A DNA stretch of 64,000 nt from an uncultured virus (IMG/VR IMGVR_UViG_3300007961_000315) (Duplodnaviria > Heunggongvirae > Uroviricota > Caudoviricetes). A program made the position numbers and the translations under genes. The stretch is taken from IMG/VR virus record IMGVR_UViG_3300007961_000315; one strand, given 5' to 3'. The notes under the pieces are model-generated. The model was given only the letters and a program-made list of their open reading frames with translations, was not told the origin of the DNA and did no database searches. Numbering within the stretch: position 1 is the stretch's first letter; each line of letters begins with the position of its first letter. Below are positions 48,866 through 58,949 of the stretch, piece by piece.

Positions 48866-49459
48866 CATAAATGGTAAACCACCGATGCAGCGCAGGGTAT
48901 AAAACCAGAGGTCTACAGTGTTGGAGAACCTTGAGGAAAGGCTAAACCTGCTTAATTTGAGATGATGTAAAAAAGCCGTATTTCCCTTTTCGCACTGATG
49001 TTGCCTCTCGCAGAAGCGAATACAGGGGTGACGCCGTCGGTACGCCAAGATGCATACCGACGGGGACTGACAGATTGCCGCCGATAATGATGGTCGCTTG
49101 AACCCACATGGCGAAAAGACTGATCTTGGTTCTACGACTTTGGGATAAATCTTATTATCTTCGATTTACTGTAAGACAATCAGAAAAATGACAGATACTA
49201 GCACTTTGAAGGGGTTGACCGTCAAAACTATAAAGGCACCTACAAGTGTTGCGATTTACGCACATATATAGGGAACTAGTGTAGTTACCCCAACCAGCGC
49301 ACCGATCATCGGTGAATACTATATCCTTAAAACCAACATACCAATCAAATACAGGGTGCCTAAAATGACTGCCTCAGTGGCCTGTCTGGCAACAAGAGGT
49401 TACAGATCGAAGCTGCCTGGATTCCCAATTTGTGAAGCGTTCAGGAGACTATATATGAG

Positions 49460-50086
49460 TCAGCCAGCTAACATCTCTTTCTCGGTGGTGGTTCTATAGA
49501 CGACGCCATAGCGAGTCGTTCTTACTATGATTTTACCCTGGTGAACCAATCCGGTAAAGATCTCCCGTACCACTTCATTTCCCGGCGGGAAGGGAGAATT
49601 TTTGCAGTCAATTAGATTCAGTGAATACTTTTCTGAAACCGAGGAAAGCTCCTTTCTGCCGTCCGTATACAGATTTCTGCGCGAAGTGCGGAATGCCTCC
49701 AGAAGATCAGATGCAATCTGATCCCGCTGACTCGCCAAATCTTTTAAATGCTCTTCCAAGGGCATATCTACGTAAATCTTGTAGAAATCCACGCGGTAGC
49801 AGGAAAAAGTTTGGGCTGTCATCAGAAGAGAATGGATTGCTTCAATATTTTCTTCCAACACCACCCCGCTGAATTCCTGCGGATGCAGGTAAAGTTCTTC
49901 TTTTCCGCGAGTGACAGTGTCGGCGGCGCCGAAAATCGTATGAGGCACTAATGTCCAGCCGTCATCCAAAAAAAGCTGAGAAGATTCTTTCTGGAAGGCA
50001 TCCTTTTTTTCTGAGGACAAATATCCGGAATAGGGGCAGTAAGCAGGGCACTCAATCCGGTAATAGACTTTGATGTATTTCTTGAT
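49460..50086 (-). CDS. Hypothetical protein; start uncertain (ATC after a perfect RBS)
   Basis: AAGGAGG then ATC AAG AAA TAC; EELYLHPQEFSG motif; may have a mutated or non-canonical start. Confidence 0.55.
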   Translation of the reverse strand: MKKYIKVYYRIECPAYCPYSGYLSSEKKDAFQKESSQLFLDDGWTLVPHTIFGAADTVTRGKEELYLHPQEFSGVVLEENIEAIHSLLMTAQTFSCYRVDFYKIYVDMPLEEHLKDLASQRDQIASDLLEAFRTSRRNLYTDGRKELSSVSEKYSLNLIDCKNSPFPPGNEVVREIFTGLVHQGKIIVRTTRYGVVYRTTTEKEMLAG

Positions 50087-50129
50087 GATTCTTCCTCCTT
50101 CGTGAATATAGTTCGGATGTTCCTCACTG

Positions 50130-53100
50130 CTATGCCGCAATCTGCTGCTTTCCCCAGTACAACTCCGGCCGCCCCTCTAAATCATAGCTTTTAAAGACAG
50201 CGCCCTGATGGTGCAGCAGAGAAAATCCCATTTCCTCGAACAATTTTTCAAAGGAGATATCCTGTCCTTTGAGAAAGCGGAGCATCCGCTCTTTTGCAAC
50301 GAGTAAATAAATGAGATTTGTTTCGATACTGCGAGGATAATTTACGTAATAAATAAATTTTTCTCGGGTGCTGGTATAGCGGATGAAGCGGTAATAGAAC
50401 TGGGACATCCGACTTTCATTCCAATGAAGCTCGGCTAAAAAGCAGTAGTCGACACTGTCGATGCTCATGGATTCGGACAGGCTTTGCTGCGTACAGATTA
50501 AGATCGCGTTTTCGCATTCCTCGAACCGTCCGTAGATCAAATCACGCCGCTGATGCGGCTGATACTCACTGCCGGTGATGGTGAAGACCGGACGATCTGG
50601 GAAGGCCTCACGCGCCGCCGCCGCATAAGCGCGGACGATATTGTTCTGCCGTACCCCGATGGCGACACGTTTGTTGGCGGGAATCTTCTGTATTTCATCG
50701 AAGATCGCCTCCATCTTTCCGGTAATCGCCGGGCCATGATAGTCCTGGAAGACCGGCGCACAGGTACAGATGCGCAGCATAATTTTGATCTGTGCAATGA
50801 TCCTGGCCTGGGCCAGCTTCCTGGCTGACATTTTAGTGGTTTTGAAATATTCACTTTCCAAACGGTTGAATTCTTTGAGCGCGACCTCATACAGAGCTTC
50901 CTCTTCCGGTTTCATCTCTGCGAGCAATTCGCGGCGATGTTCCAGGCTTTTGCCGGTAACCTCCTGAAAAGTTCGGGTGACCATGGTGTAGCTGATGAGC
51001 TCCCGCAGGACTTCCGCGTTGAGGATATCCTGCCGGCGCTGCACCACTCCGAATACTGTGAGCTTCTCCGGGAGATGGCTGTGCTTGAAGTAGGAGAGGC
51101 CTTCGGTATAAGGGGGATAGGGCTGCATGTACCGGTCATTTTCCTGAGATTCGTATTCCTGATAATCTTCACTCCATGAAAAAAGTTCCTTTGCTTTACA
51201 AAGCATGTTTACGGAAGCGTTGTAAAGCAGATAAAACTGGGGATAGGATTCCACGACATTGTTGTTTATGGACGTTCCGCTCATCAGGAGTTTGTATTTG
51301 AGAGAACCAAAGCAGGCGATGGTGGCTTTCGTGAGCCTGCCGACATCATCGCTCGCTTCCAGTGCCGACGAATTCTGCGCTTCGTCGTAGATGAGGAAGA
51401 GCTTGTGATTTGCCAGCCGTACAATTTCCTGGATGTTCTTTTTGTAATTTTTGACCCTCCCAAGGGTAATCAGTACAAAATCTCCAGGGTAGACCCGCCG
51501 CAGGTCGGCACGTTTTCGGATGACCTTATGGGGAATCTGATATTTCTCGAGAAACGGCGCCCAGGTCGTTTCGACGGAAATGGCCGAGGAAACCACAAAC
51601 ACATAATCGGTCTGGGCATGCGCCAGGCGGTACATCCCCTGTGCGGTTCCAGAAACAGTTTTGCCTGCGCCTTGGGACCATTGGAGATAGGCATACCGCT
51701 TTTGCAGGGTCAGATTGGTGTCATGCAGCTGCCGGTCACTGAGCCTGATGGGATTTTTCCCCCATCGATCAGTCAATACCCAGTTCTTCAGCCAATCACG
51801 GATCTCCGAGTCCTCCTCCATTTGATCGAAGGGCGTCACCTGATGGCGGTATTCCCGTTGCTTGCGCTGCATTAGTTTTCGATAGGGACCGCAGCTGTGC
51901 AGATCCTCCGCTTTTCCGGAAGTGACGATCTGCGCGATATCCTGCATACCCATTTCAAAGTTGCGTTCGTCTGCTTCCTTCTGAACCTGTTGGGAATAGG
52001 CCTTGTAGTAGATTTTGCTCTTTCCCTTTACCAATGCGATCCGGTCTTCTTCTACTTGATTTTGCTGTTTCAGGACACTGCGAATATACTGCACCACCGG
52101 ATTGTAGTGCAGACGTTCCTTTTCCCATTCCTGATAATCCATGTTATGGGGACGCTGCTGCTGATGGTAACGATTGAGCAAGTCCCGGCACTCTTCGTAC
52201 TTTCCTCTGGTGCGCGGATGAACTTTGATTTGATACAGCAGCAATTCTTCCTGCCGGCGCTTCTCATCATCCGCCCGTTCCTGACGGTTGAATTCGAGTT
52301 TGAGCTGCGGGGAGTTCCTCCGCTGCAGTTCCATCGCCTTACTGACATAGTCCAAATAAATGCGTTCCGCACTTGTATCCCTTCGAAGCTCCGGATTATA
52401 GGGAACTGCCTGAAATACAGCGGCCCGCCGCTGCAGGATCAGCAGCTTGGTGGGGAAATTGCGCACCCCCAGCCAGGCGAAGGCGTTGGGATCGAGGGCT
52501 ACCTGCACCACATGGTTAAACTGTTGATAGATACGCTTGATTTCGATCTTTTTGGTGGATTCTCCGAGGAAGGTTTCCGGAACGATCACTGCCAGCAATC
52601 CGCCGGGGAACAGCAGCTCTGCCGCTTTTAGGATGTATACCGTCTGGCTGCTCATCGATTTCCCATTATAAACCCAGTTAAGATTGTAAGGAGGATTGCC
52701 GACGACCAAATGAAAGTGGACACGTGGGTTATAAGTACGGATATCGCCCAGGGTGATCTTTGCCTGTGGGAACAGGTGACGCGCGATGCTGAAGCTGTCG
52801 GGGTCGATTTCACAGCCATAGATGCGGTCCTCGCCGCTGATATGGTTGAAAAAGGAGCCTTTGCCGCAGGTCAGATCGGCGACTCTGTGCCAGCATTTCG
52901 GCTGGAGACAGTCCATGACCCATTTACATAAACTGTCCGATGTGAAAAACTGCCCTTGTTCAATTTCTTTCTTTGCTTCGGAAAAATCATGGTAATTACC
53001 GTAATCGACATAGTTGAGCCCATGCAGCCCGCCAACGCCGGTGAATTTGTGGAAGATTTCTTCCGGTTCCATGGTGGGATGTTTCTGATCCAAAGCATCT

Positions 53101-53219
53101 AAGCACGCCCGGTTGAGGGTCTTGCGGTCCTTTAATGCGATGGGTTCTTGGTTTGCGGGGAATTTCAAAGAAACGTACACTCCCTTCTTCAAAGCAGAGC
53201 GGAGGAGCGCCTGTTGCAC
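50130..53219 (-). CDS. N6-adenine methyltransferase fused to SNF2/DExx-like helicase (ends QIAA)
   Basis: GQFFT, DLTCGKG, GNPPY; WSQGAGKT, YDEAQ, LMSGT, QFYYRFIR. Confidence 0.8.
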   Translation of the reverse strand: MQQALLRSALKKGVYVSLKFPANQEPIALKDRKTLNRACLDALDQKHPTMEPEEIFHKFTGVGGLHGLNYVDYGNYHDFSEAKKEIEQGQFFTSDSLCKWVMDCLQPKCWHRVADLTCGKGSFFNHISGEDRIYGCEIDPDSFSIARHLFPQAKITLGDIRTYNPRVHFHLVVGNPPYNLNWVYNGKSMSSQTVYILKAAELLFPGGLLAVIVPETFLGESTKKIEIKRIYQQFNHVVQVALDPNAFAWLGVRNFPTKLLILQRRAAVFQAVPYNPELRRDTSAERIYLDYVSKAMELQRRNSPQLKLEFNRQERADDEKRRQEELLLYQIKVHPRTRGKYEECRDLLNRYHQQQRPHNMDYQEWEKERLHYNPVVQYIRSVLKQQNQVEEDRIALVKGKSKIYYKAYSQQVQKEADERNFEMGMQDIAQIVTSGKAEDLHSCGPYRKLMQRKQREYRHQVTPFDQMEEDSEIRDWLKNWVLTDRWGKNPIRLSDRQLHDTNLTLQKRYAYLQWSQGAGKTVSGTAQGMYRLAHAQTDYVFVVSSAISVETTWAPFLEKYQIPHKVIRKRADLRRVYPGDFVLITLGRVKNYKKNIQEIVRLANHKLFLIYDEAQNSSALEASDDVGRLTKATIACFGSLKYKLLMSGTSINNNVVESYPQFYLLYNASVNMLCKAKELFSWSEDYQEYESQENDRYMQPYPPYTEGLSYFKHSHLPEKLTVFGVVQRRQDILNAEVLRELISYTMVTRTFQEVTGKSLEHRRELLAEMKPEEEALYEVALKEFNRLESEYFKTTKMSARKLAQARIIAQIKIMLRICTCAPVFQDYHGPAITGKMEAIFDEIQKIPANKRVAIGVRQNNIVRAYAAAAREAFPDRPVFTITGSEYQPHQRRDLIYGRFEECENAILICTQQSLSESMSIDSVDYCFLAELHWNESRMSQFYYRFIRYTSTREKFIYYVNYPRSIETNLIYLLVAKERMLRFLKGQDISFEKLFEEMGFSLLHHQGAVFKSYDLEGRPELYWGKQQIAA

Positions 53220-53238
53220 TCCTCCGCTTTCTTGTCAA

Positions 53239-54318
53239 TTATGCAGCCCAGCGTTCCGGCTGGAACCAGCAGTCCCAATCCGTTGCAAAAGGGCCATCGT
53301 GTTTTTCAATCGCTTTTTTGTTGATGGTCAGCAGCTCACCTTTTCCCGGATACACCAGATAGACCGGCTGCCCTTCGCGAAACAAGCGCATTGCTGTGCG
53401 GGGATTGACGAGCATAAAATACTCGCTGGAAGCATACCCAATTCGGTCCGCTTCCAAGAGACCGTCTATTGAATCGATAAAGTATAGAGCGGTCTGTTGG
53501 ATGGCGTTTAGAAACAGCTTCAGATTTTTGCGTTCCTTGCCGAAGCTGTACTGGGCGATATGCGGAAAGCTAAACCCGGAGGTGTCCAGACCAAGATGCC
53601 GACAGACGATAAAGGCTACGCTTTCTGCTTCAATCTCCAGCTGATCCTGGTCCATACAAAATGGACGGCGCCAAATCTGCGTGATCTGATTGATGGCGGA
53701 ACGGATGGCCTGCAGCTGGCTCATATCGCTCTTGAGAGTGATCTCTGAAAAATTTGCCGCGGCGCTGGACCGGATGCCATGCCGGAATACGATAGGGGAC
53801 GGGGCGATCATTTTCAGAATCTGCAAGGCGAGTTCATAGTTTTGCACCTGTCCCTCCAAAAGCTCAGTTTTAAAGGGATTGGTATTACCAAAGGCGGGGG
53901 CGGGGGATGGCTGTGTGTTGCCGGCAACCCCATCCAGCGGCGAGGTCTGCGAAATATCAAAGATGCTGATCCGGCGGAAGTTAAACTCTTTTTCATCCTT
54001 CTTCTTTTCTTTTTCCCGGTGCATCGCAGGAGAAGTTACCGGATCGTCCGGATCCTCCGCCTGGAAATTGGCGTTGATTCGGATTCCATGTTCCCCCTCA
54101 TTGACGCAGCGGTTTGCTTTCAGCCATCCTTTAAAGCCCTTGGTTTGAGTGGCATTTGGCCTTTGCTGTAAAATCAACAGCACATTGCGGGCAGAGTAGT
54201 TTGGATTGTTGGCGACAAACCGCAGGAACCGCTGAAACGGTTCTCTGGAAACCACTTCGTCCAGTCCATCCTGGAGCATCTGCGCATAGGTCCGCACCTC
54301 TTTTTCCTGATCTTGCAT
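53239..54318 (-). CDS. ArdC-like ssDNA-binding/antirestriction protein (ends RWAA)
   Basis: YSARNVLLILQQRPNAT..GFKGW..V..GE.GIRI, IFDISQT, EIEAESVAFIVC..LGLDTS. Confidence 0.75.
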   Translation of the reverse strand: MQDQEKEVRTYAQMLQDGLDEVVSREPFQRFLRFVANNPNYSARNVLLILQQRPNATQTKGFKGWLKANRCVNEGEHGIRINANFQAEDPDDPVTSPAMHREKEKKKDEKEFNFRRISIFDISQTSPLDGVAGNTQPSPAPAFGNTNPFKTELLEGQVQNYELALQILKMIAPSPIVFRHGIRSSAAANFSEITLKSDMSQLQAIRSAINQITQIWRRPFCMDQDQLEIEAESVAFIVCRHLGLDTSGFSFPHIAQYSFGKERKNLKLFLNAIQQTALYFIDSIDGLLEADRIGYASSEYFMLVNPRTAMRLFREGQPVYLVYPGKGELLTINKKAIEKHDGPFATDWDCWFQPERWAA

Positions 54319-54339
54319 GTTGACTTACCTCCCATCATT

Positions 54340-54693
54340 TTATTTGCAATATGCTGGATCATCGCCGCGCTCCACATTCTCACTGTGGAAGCAGTGCCCG
54401 CAATATTCCCAAATCCCATGAGGCCACTCACCTGACACACGCTTAAAGGTGGCATAGGTTGGACGCCATTTTCCGGAATCGGGGTCATGCCGATGGCTGT
54501 ACGGGTCCCCCATCTGAGTACAGCTATCTCTTAAACAGGCAGGCGGTAAACAGTTTACGGCATCGTCAACGATGGCTTGTTCAACATAGTCTCCAACCTG
54601 CACGCTGGTATAATCGAAATTATCCCTGCTCCACACTGTTTTTCCGTTAAACAGCGTTGTGGTTTGATTCCTGCTTTCTGGTGAAATATCCAT
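54340..54693 (-). CDS. Hypothetical protein
   Basis: CLPP..QMGDPYSH..TYATF..WEYCGHCF; RBS AAAGGAG. Confidence 0.65.
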   Translation of the reverse strand: MDISPESRNQTTTLFNGKTVWSRDNFDYTSVQVGDYVEQAIVDDAVNCLPPACLRDSCTQMGDPYSHRHDPDSGKWRPTYATFKRVSGEWPHGIWEYCGHCFHSENVERGDDPAYCK

Positions 54694-54785
54694 CTCATAA
54701 GCTCCTTTCCATGAAAACAAAAAAGGCACCCTGCGAATTCCCTCGTTTCGCAGAATGCGTCTCTCATCGTTTCGGTTTGGTTCTA

Positions 54786-55136
54786 CTAGTCGTCGGCAAC
54801 CATTTCACGGACGATGCCGCTGCGGATATATCTTCGCAGGTCATCTTCCTCAAATGGAATCACATGGATCTCGCCGCATTCGTCGCATTGGACCGTTAGG
54901 CTTTCAGGAGTTAGCTGTATTGAGGCGATGATCTCCGCCTCACATGCGAAGCAGTGATCCCAAAAGGCTGACGCCAGGCGGTCGGCGCTGGGCCATTCGC
55001 CTAAAATGCTGTTCAGCATCGTACAGCGGCTGCAGAGTGTAGTTCCTGATTCGATTTCTTTGCCGCATGCCTCACAGTGCGATTGTTGACCCGCCTTGGT
55101 ACATTCTTCATCAAAGGGTCTTAAAACATGACTCAT
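54786..55136 (-). CDS. Cys-rich hypothetical protein
   Basis: Four CxxC motifs; ATGA overlap. Confidence 0.6.
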   Translation of the reverse strand: MSHVLRPFDEECTKAGQQSHCEACGKEIESGTTLCSRCTMLNSILGEWPSADRLASAFWDHCFACEAEIIASIQLTPESLTVQCDECGEIHVIPFEEDDLRRYIRSGIVREMVADD

Positions 55137-56143
55137 AAAACATCCTCTTTTCCTTTTTCTTGCTGATGTAGCTTTTCTTGCCGGCGCAGCTTTGCCAACT
55201 GGCGTTTTTCTTTTCGTTGGCGTTTTTCCATCTGTGCCTGCTTTTCCAGATCGCTTGTATGGACGACCTCATATCCTTCCGCAATATCGGCCAAGTCCTG
55301 CAGCAGGTCGCGGTGTTCCCGACATTCGATCCGTACATTACGTACCGCCATGGTGAATTCAAAAGCCTCATATTCCCCGAAACCTTCTTTGCCATGCACA
55401 TCGCTGAAAAACCGGTCTCGACGGTCTGCGAAAGTCATTTTCGGCCTGAATTCCTTCTCGCCGTATACCTTCAGCCAGATTTCCGCATCGGTGCGGGCAA
55501 TGCCCTTTTTGAAACGGCGCACGCCTTTCTCCAGCTTCTTTTCTTCCGTAACAGAACCGCCTTTTGTTCGGCGCCAGAGCCGGAGTATGTCATAATAGAT
55601 ATTGACTCTCTGCAAATTGCGCTCTTTTCGGGTGATGGCACAGACTTCATTTTGGCAGCCAAATTGGATGCATTTCTCAACGTCGTAGCGCGGGACATAT
55701 TTCCGGCTCTTCCGGTCCCATTCCATACAGGAACAGTACCCAAATTCAGCTACTTGCTTCTGCCATGCCTGGGATTGGATTTTATCCCATCTGCCCCAGA
55801 GCTTTTCAACGCTGACGGAATAATCGTAATGCCGGACGATTTGATGGAAGGCGCAGTTGGCGCCCATCAATTTGGTGTCCAGCCGGTACTCGCAGGGCAC
55901 CTCATCAAAATATGGGCATCCAAACAGGGGATTGTCATTTTCCGGGCAGTGGGTGACGCCGTTCTGAGAACAGTTGTTATATCCGCAGCCTTGTTTAATC
56001 AGGCCGCAGGGAGCTTCCCAAATCATCTCCCTGAGTGCGGCGGCGGTATACTCAAAATCATTCCAGTTGCTCCACGTCACATAATCGGGATGGTGTTCCC
56101 GGGTAAAGCCTTCCGCAAATAATCGCTTTGTCAAATCGTTCAT
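55133..56143 (-). CDS. Cys-rich hypothetical protein
   Basis: ATGA-coupled; RDLLQDLADIAEG motif. Confidence 0.65.
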   Translation of the reverse strand: MNDLTKRLFAEGFTREHHPDYVTWSNWNDFEYTAAALREMIWEAPCGLIKQGCGYNNCSQNGVTHCPENDNPLFGCPYFDEVPCEYRLDTKLMGANCAFHQIVRHYDYSVSVEKLWGRWDKIQSQAWQKQVAEFGYCSCMEWDRKSRKYVPRYDVEKCIQFGCQNEVCAITRKERNLQRVNIYYDILRLWRRTKGGSVTEEKKLEKGVRRFKKGIARTDAEIWLKVYGEKEFRPKMTFADRRDRFFSDVHGKEGFGEYEAFEFTMAVRNVRIECREHRDLLQDLADIAEGYEVVHTSDLEKQAQMEKRQRKEKRQLAKLRRQEKLHQQEKGKEDVL

Positions 56144-56325
56144 TGGAATAAACAGGGCCGTTTGCCCTTTACCCAAAGCATCTGCTCGTTGAGGTCTTCC
56201 ACGTTTTGGTCGTATTCCTCAGCGATGCATTTGATGCAGAGGGGGAACTTATATGCCAGTACCTTTGACACCTGCCGGTCCCATGCAGTCAACGGCGTAC
56301 CGCAGGCGGCACAGACGTTTTCCAT
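56140..56325 (-). CDS. Small zinc-finger protein
   Basis: CAAC..CIKC; RBS AAGGAG. Confidence 0.55.
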   Translation of the reverse strand: MENVCAACGTPLTAWDRQVSKVLAYKFPLCIKCIAEEYDQNVEDLNEQMLWVKGKRPCLFQ

Positions 56326-56326
56326 G

Positions 56327-56515
56327 TTACATTTTCTCCTTCTCTATGCGTAATCTGTGCGGGATCTCCGATTTCAACGCTCTTGTGCGTTCAGACCATC
56401 TTTTTTCTAAAATATCGTCATAGCGGGCGGCTTTTGTTTGTTCCGCTGTTGCCGCATCAAGCAGCTTCAACAGGGCTGCGGTAGGGATTTCGTTCAAAGG
56501 GCACTGATGATTCAT
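56327..56515 (-). CDS. Small hypothetical protein
   Basis: RBS GGAGG; ATGA overlap. Confidence 0.55.
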   Translation of the reverse strand: MNHQCPLNEIPTAALLKLLDAATAEQTKAARYDDILEKRWSERTRALKSEIPHRLRIEKEKM

Positions 56516-56988
56516 GCCGCCTCCGTGTCAAGAGTTTTCTCTTTGTTGTCCTCTTTTGCCAGTTCTTTGCGATCATGGAGATACCCCTCATAGCCAATGG
56601 GATCAAGCTCTCGCAGCAGTGCCTCCTCAAAGCGGTACTCCGGATATTTGCAATAGCCGCTGTACTCATATCGCCCTGTGGGTACGGCCAGGTTATGCTG
56701 CGCGATCCATTCGAGGATATCTTCGCCGTTTCCATTGGTGTCGATAAAGGCACAATTGAGCGGCGGGATCGCATCGAGATTGACGGTTAAGTAAGACCAG
56801 GGCTCTGCTATGCCATCCTCGTGGCTGATCATCTGGATTGCGAGGCCGCCGCCATACAAATAAACGGAAATCTTCAGTTGGATGGGCCAGGTAGAACCGT
56901 ACTTTTTCAGATCAAAGGTCTTCATCGATGGTTTGTGCTCCTCTCTCAAACAGCTTTTTTCAGGTATTGCTTTGCGTGGGTCAAACAC
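56512..56988 (-). CDS. DUF4313-like protein (ends TEAA)
   Basis: EPW..LTVNL..AFIDTN..W..LA.PTGR..SGYC.YPEYRF. Confidence 0.7.
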   Translation of the reverse strand: MFDPRKAIPEKSCLREEHKPSMKTFDLKKYGSTWPIQLKISVYLYGGGLAIQMISHEDGIAEPWSYLTVNLDAIPPLNCAFIDTNGNGEDILEWIAQHNLAVPTGRYEYSGYCKYPEYRFEEALLRELDPIGYEGYLHDRKELAKEDNKEKTLDTEAA

Positions 56989-57161
56989 TCCCTTTCAGTG
57001 TCACAGGCGGATGCTATGGTGATGCCACGGCATTTCGCCAGCCAGAAGGCTTTTGTTTCCTCCATTACAAAGGCGTAATAGCAGAGCAGCTCCACTGCTT
57101 GTCCTTCGACGCATGCTGTTTCTCTGATTTCCGGTTGGGAAAACAGCTGCTTTTCTTCCAT
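56946..57161 (-). CDS. Small hypothetical protein
   Basis: RBS AAAGGAG before MEEKQ. Confidence 0.5.
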   Translation of the reverse strand: MEEKQLFSQPEIRETACVEGQAVELLCYYAFVMEETKAFWLAKCRGITIASACDTERECLTHAKQYLKKAV

Positions 57162-57229
57162 TACGCGGCACTCTCCTTTGGACAAACCGGGTGTTCCTCT
57201 GCGCTTTTTTGCCGCATGAGTTCCATGCA

Positions 57230-57403
57230 TTAGGCCCCCTTATCCAGGTCAAGCGGTTCTTTCATCAGCTCCTGCATCCAAGCAGGCGGCTTTTTGGTGT
57301 TGTGCAGGTCGTCCCGAAAAATAATTGCTTCGCGTTCGATCCCATTGGCATCAATAAATTTGATTACCTGCCGGCGCTCCCGGTTTACCTTTTTCAGTCT
57401 CAT
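57230..57403 (-). CDS. 57-aa first gene of operon B (MRLKKVNRERRQ...)
   Basis: RBS GAAAGGAAG; translated by hand. Confidence 0.5.
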   Translation of the reverse strand: MRLKKVNRERRQVIKFIDANGIEREAIIFRDDLHNTKKPPAWMQELMKEPLDLDKGA

Positions 57404-57436
57404 GTCTCAACTTCCTTTCACTTTGGTTTTATATGC

Positions 57437-57470
57437 AAAAAGAAGCGGGAGCCGTTCGGTCCCTGCTTCC
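57437..57470 (-). terminator. Second terminator before the first gene of operon B
   Basis: Minus strand GAAGCAGGGA..TCCCGCTTC-TTTTT. Confidence 0.6.
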
Positions 57471-57500
57471 AATTACCATCGCGATTCATCTTTTCACAAC

Positions 57501-57644
57501 AAAAAAGGCGCAGTACGCCCATAATGGGGGTACTGCGCCAAGAAAATCATTTCAAGCAGCGACGAAGCTGCCAACAAGCAAACTCTTCGAAGAGTTCAAA
57601 AAATATCGTAAATATAGTATAGCCTGACAGCAGGTGGTTGTCAA
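57501..57644 (-). promoter_or_regulatory. Conserved leader copy 2
   Basis: TTGACA(57644)-17-TATACT on minus strand; identical ~60-nt core and terminator stem. Confidence 0.85.
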
Positions 57645-57779
57645 GCTGGGGGGCTCCGCCTTTGGATGATAAGTACAAAGATCATCTTCTGGCTGGGGAT
57701 GCTATTCCCATTGCAGTTGCAAAAACTATATGGTATACTGATACTAATTGATACTATAAATTATCAAAGGCGGTGTGCC

Positions 57780-58949
57780 ATGAACGCAAAAGACCTCGCA
57801 AAGATGATAAACGACAAGCATTTTTTTGATCTCAAGAAGATGCAATATAAGTATTCGAATGAAAGTGTTGCCGAGATGCTGGATGCACTGGTGGCAATGA
57901 GCTATAACGAACTTCCTATTCGGGATTTTGCAGGGGTTTCCTGCGTTTACCTGCCTGCCCAGAGTATGATTTCTACTGGCGTGGTGAAGAAGTTGCTGGC
58001 GGCAAATACCTCCAAGGAGATGTTTGGTCGAAAGGCGATGGAGGAGGAGATCAACTCCACCCTGCAGATCGAAAATATCCAGTCCAACCGGGAGAGCGTC
58101 CGTAGGATCATGCAGGGCTATGCCCCCGCCAATGAGGAAGAAAACCGCATCCTGGGCATGAAAAAGGCGATCGAGTTTATCGGTGACCCGGCAAATAAGA
58201 TCACCGAAGAAAATCTGCATAAGCTCTATATGCTTTCGGTTGGCGCCTATCTGGAGGGCGAGGACGGACTTTCCGAGGGCAGTTTTTATCGTGATGACTC
58301 CGTTTTCGTCATCGGTGATAAGCCGTATCATCAGGGCCTGCCTGCAAAACTGTTGCCGGAATACATGGCGCAGCTGATTGATTTTGCCAATCAGAAGGAC
58401 GACATCCCGGAGCTAGCTAAAGCGTGTATTCTACATTTTTATATCGCCTATCTGCACCTCTACTTTGACGGTAACGGCAGAACTGCCCGAAATGTGCAGA
58501 TGTGGTATCTTGTGCAGCAGGGCTTTTCCTCGACCTTATTCTATGCCTTTTCCAAGTATATCAACGCCTCGAAAAATGAATATTATGACAGCTTCCTCGC
58601 TATCGAAGAGAATTACAAAATCAGTGGACTGATCGATGTGACGCCATTTATTCGGTACTTCAAAGAGAATGTGTACGACAAGATCAGTGTAGCGGGGGAT
58701 GAGGTGGCGGTTTCGCAGATCTTTACACAGGCGATGCGGGAGGGCAGAATCACCGAGAAAGAGCGTGACCTGTGGAATTTTGTCCTCTCTGCCTATGGAG
58801 ATGCTGAGTTTTCGACCAAGCGACTAGAGAAGGACTTCGGCAACGCGGCATACGCGACGATCCGCAGCTTTGTGCTGAAGTTCGAGGAGCTGGACTTGCT
58901 GGAAGGGCAAAAGGTTGGAAATAAGGTGAAGTATCGGGTGAGAGGTTGA
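57780..58949 (+). CDS. Fic-family protein with C-terminal wHTH
   Basis: STLQIENI inhibitory motif; HLYFDGNGRTAR (Leu where Pro is usual). Confidence 0.85.
   Translation: MNAKDLAKMINDKHFFDLKKMQYKYSNESVAEMLDALVAMSYNELPIRDFAGVSCVYLPAQSMISTGVVKKLLAANTSKEMFGRKAMEEEINSTLQIENIQSNRESVRRIMQGYAPANEEENRILGMKKAIEFIGDPANKITEENLHKLYMLSVGAYLEGEDGLSEGSFYRDDSVFVIGDKPYHQGLPAKLLPEYMAQLIDFANQKDDIPELAKACILHFYIAYLHLYFDGNGRTARNVQMWYLVQQGFSSTLFYAFSKYINASKNEYYDSFLAIEENYKISGLIDVTPFIRYFKENVYDKISVAGDEVAVSQIFTQAMREGRITEKERDLWNFVLSAYGDAEFSTKRLEKDFGNAAYATIRSFVLKFEELDLLEGQKVGNKVKYRVRG

Noticed and set aside
48865..48935. Possible c-di-GMP-I riboswitch (GGTAAAC..AAAACC..GGTCTA)
   Set aside because: Lacks the GAAA-tetraloop stem and GACGCAAA segment; no suitable downstream gene
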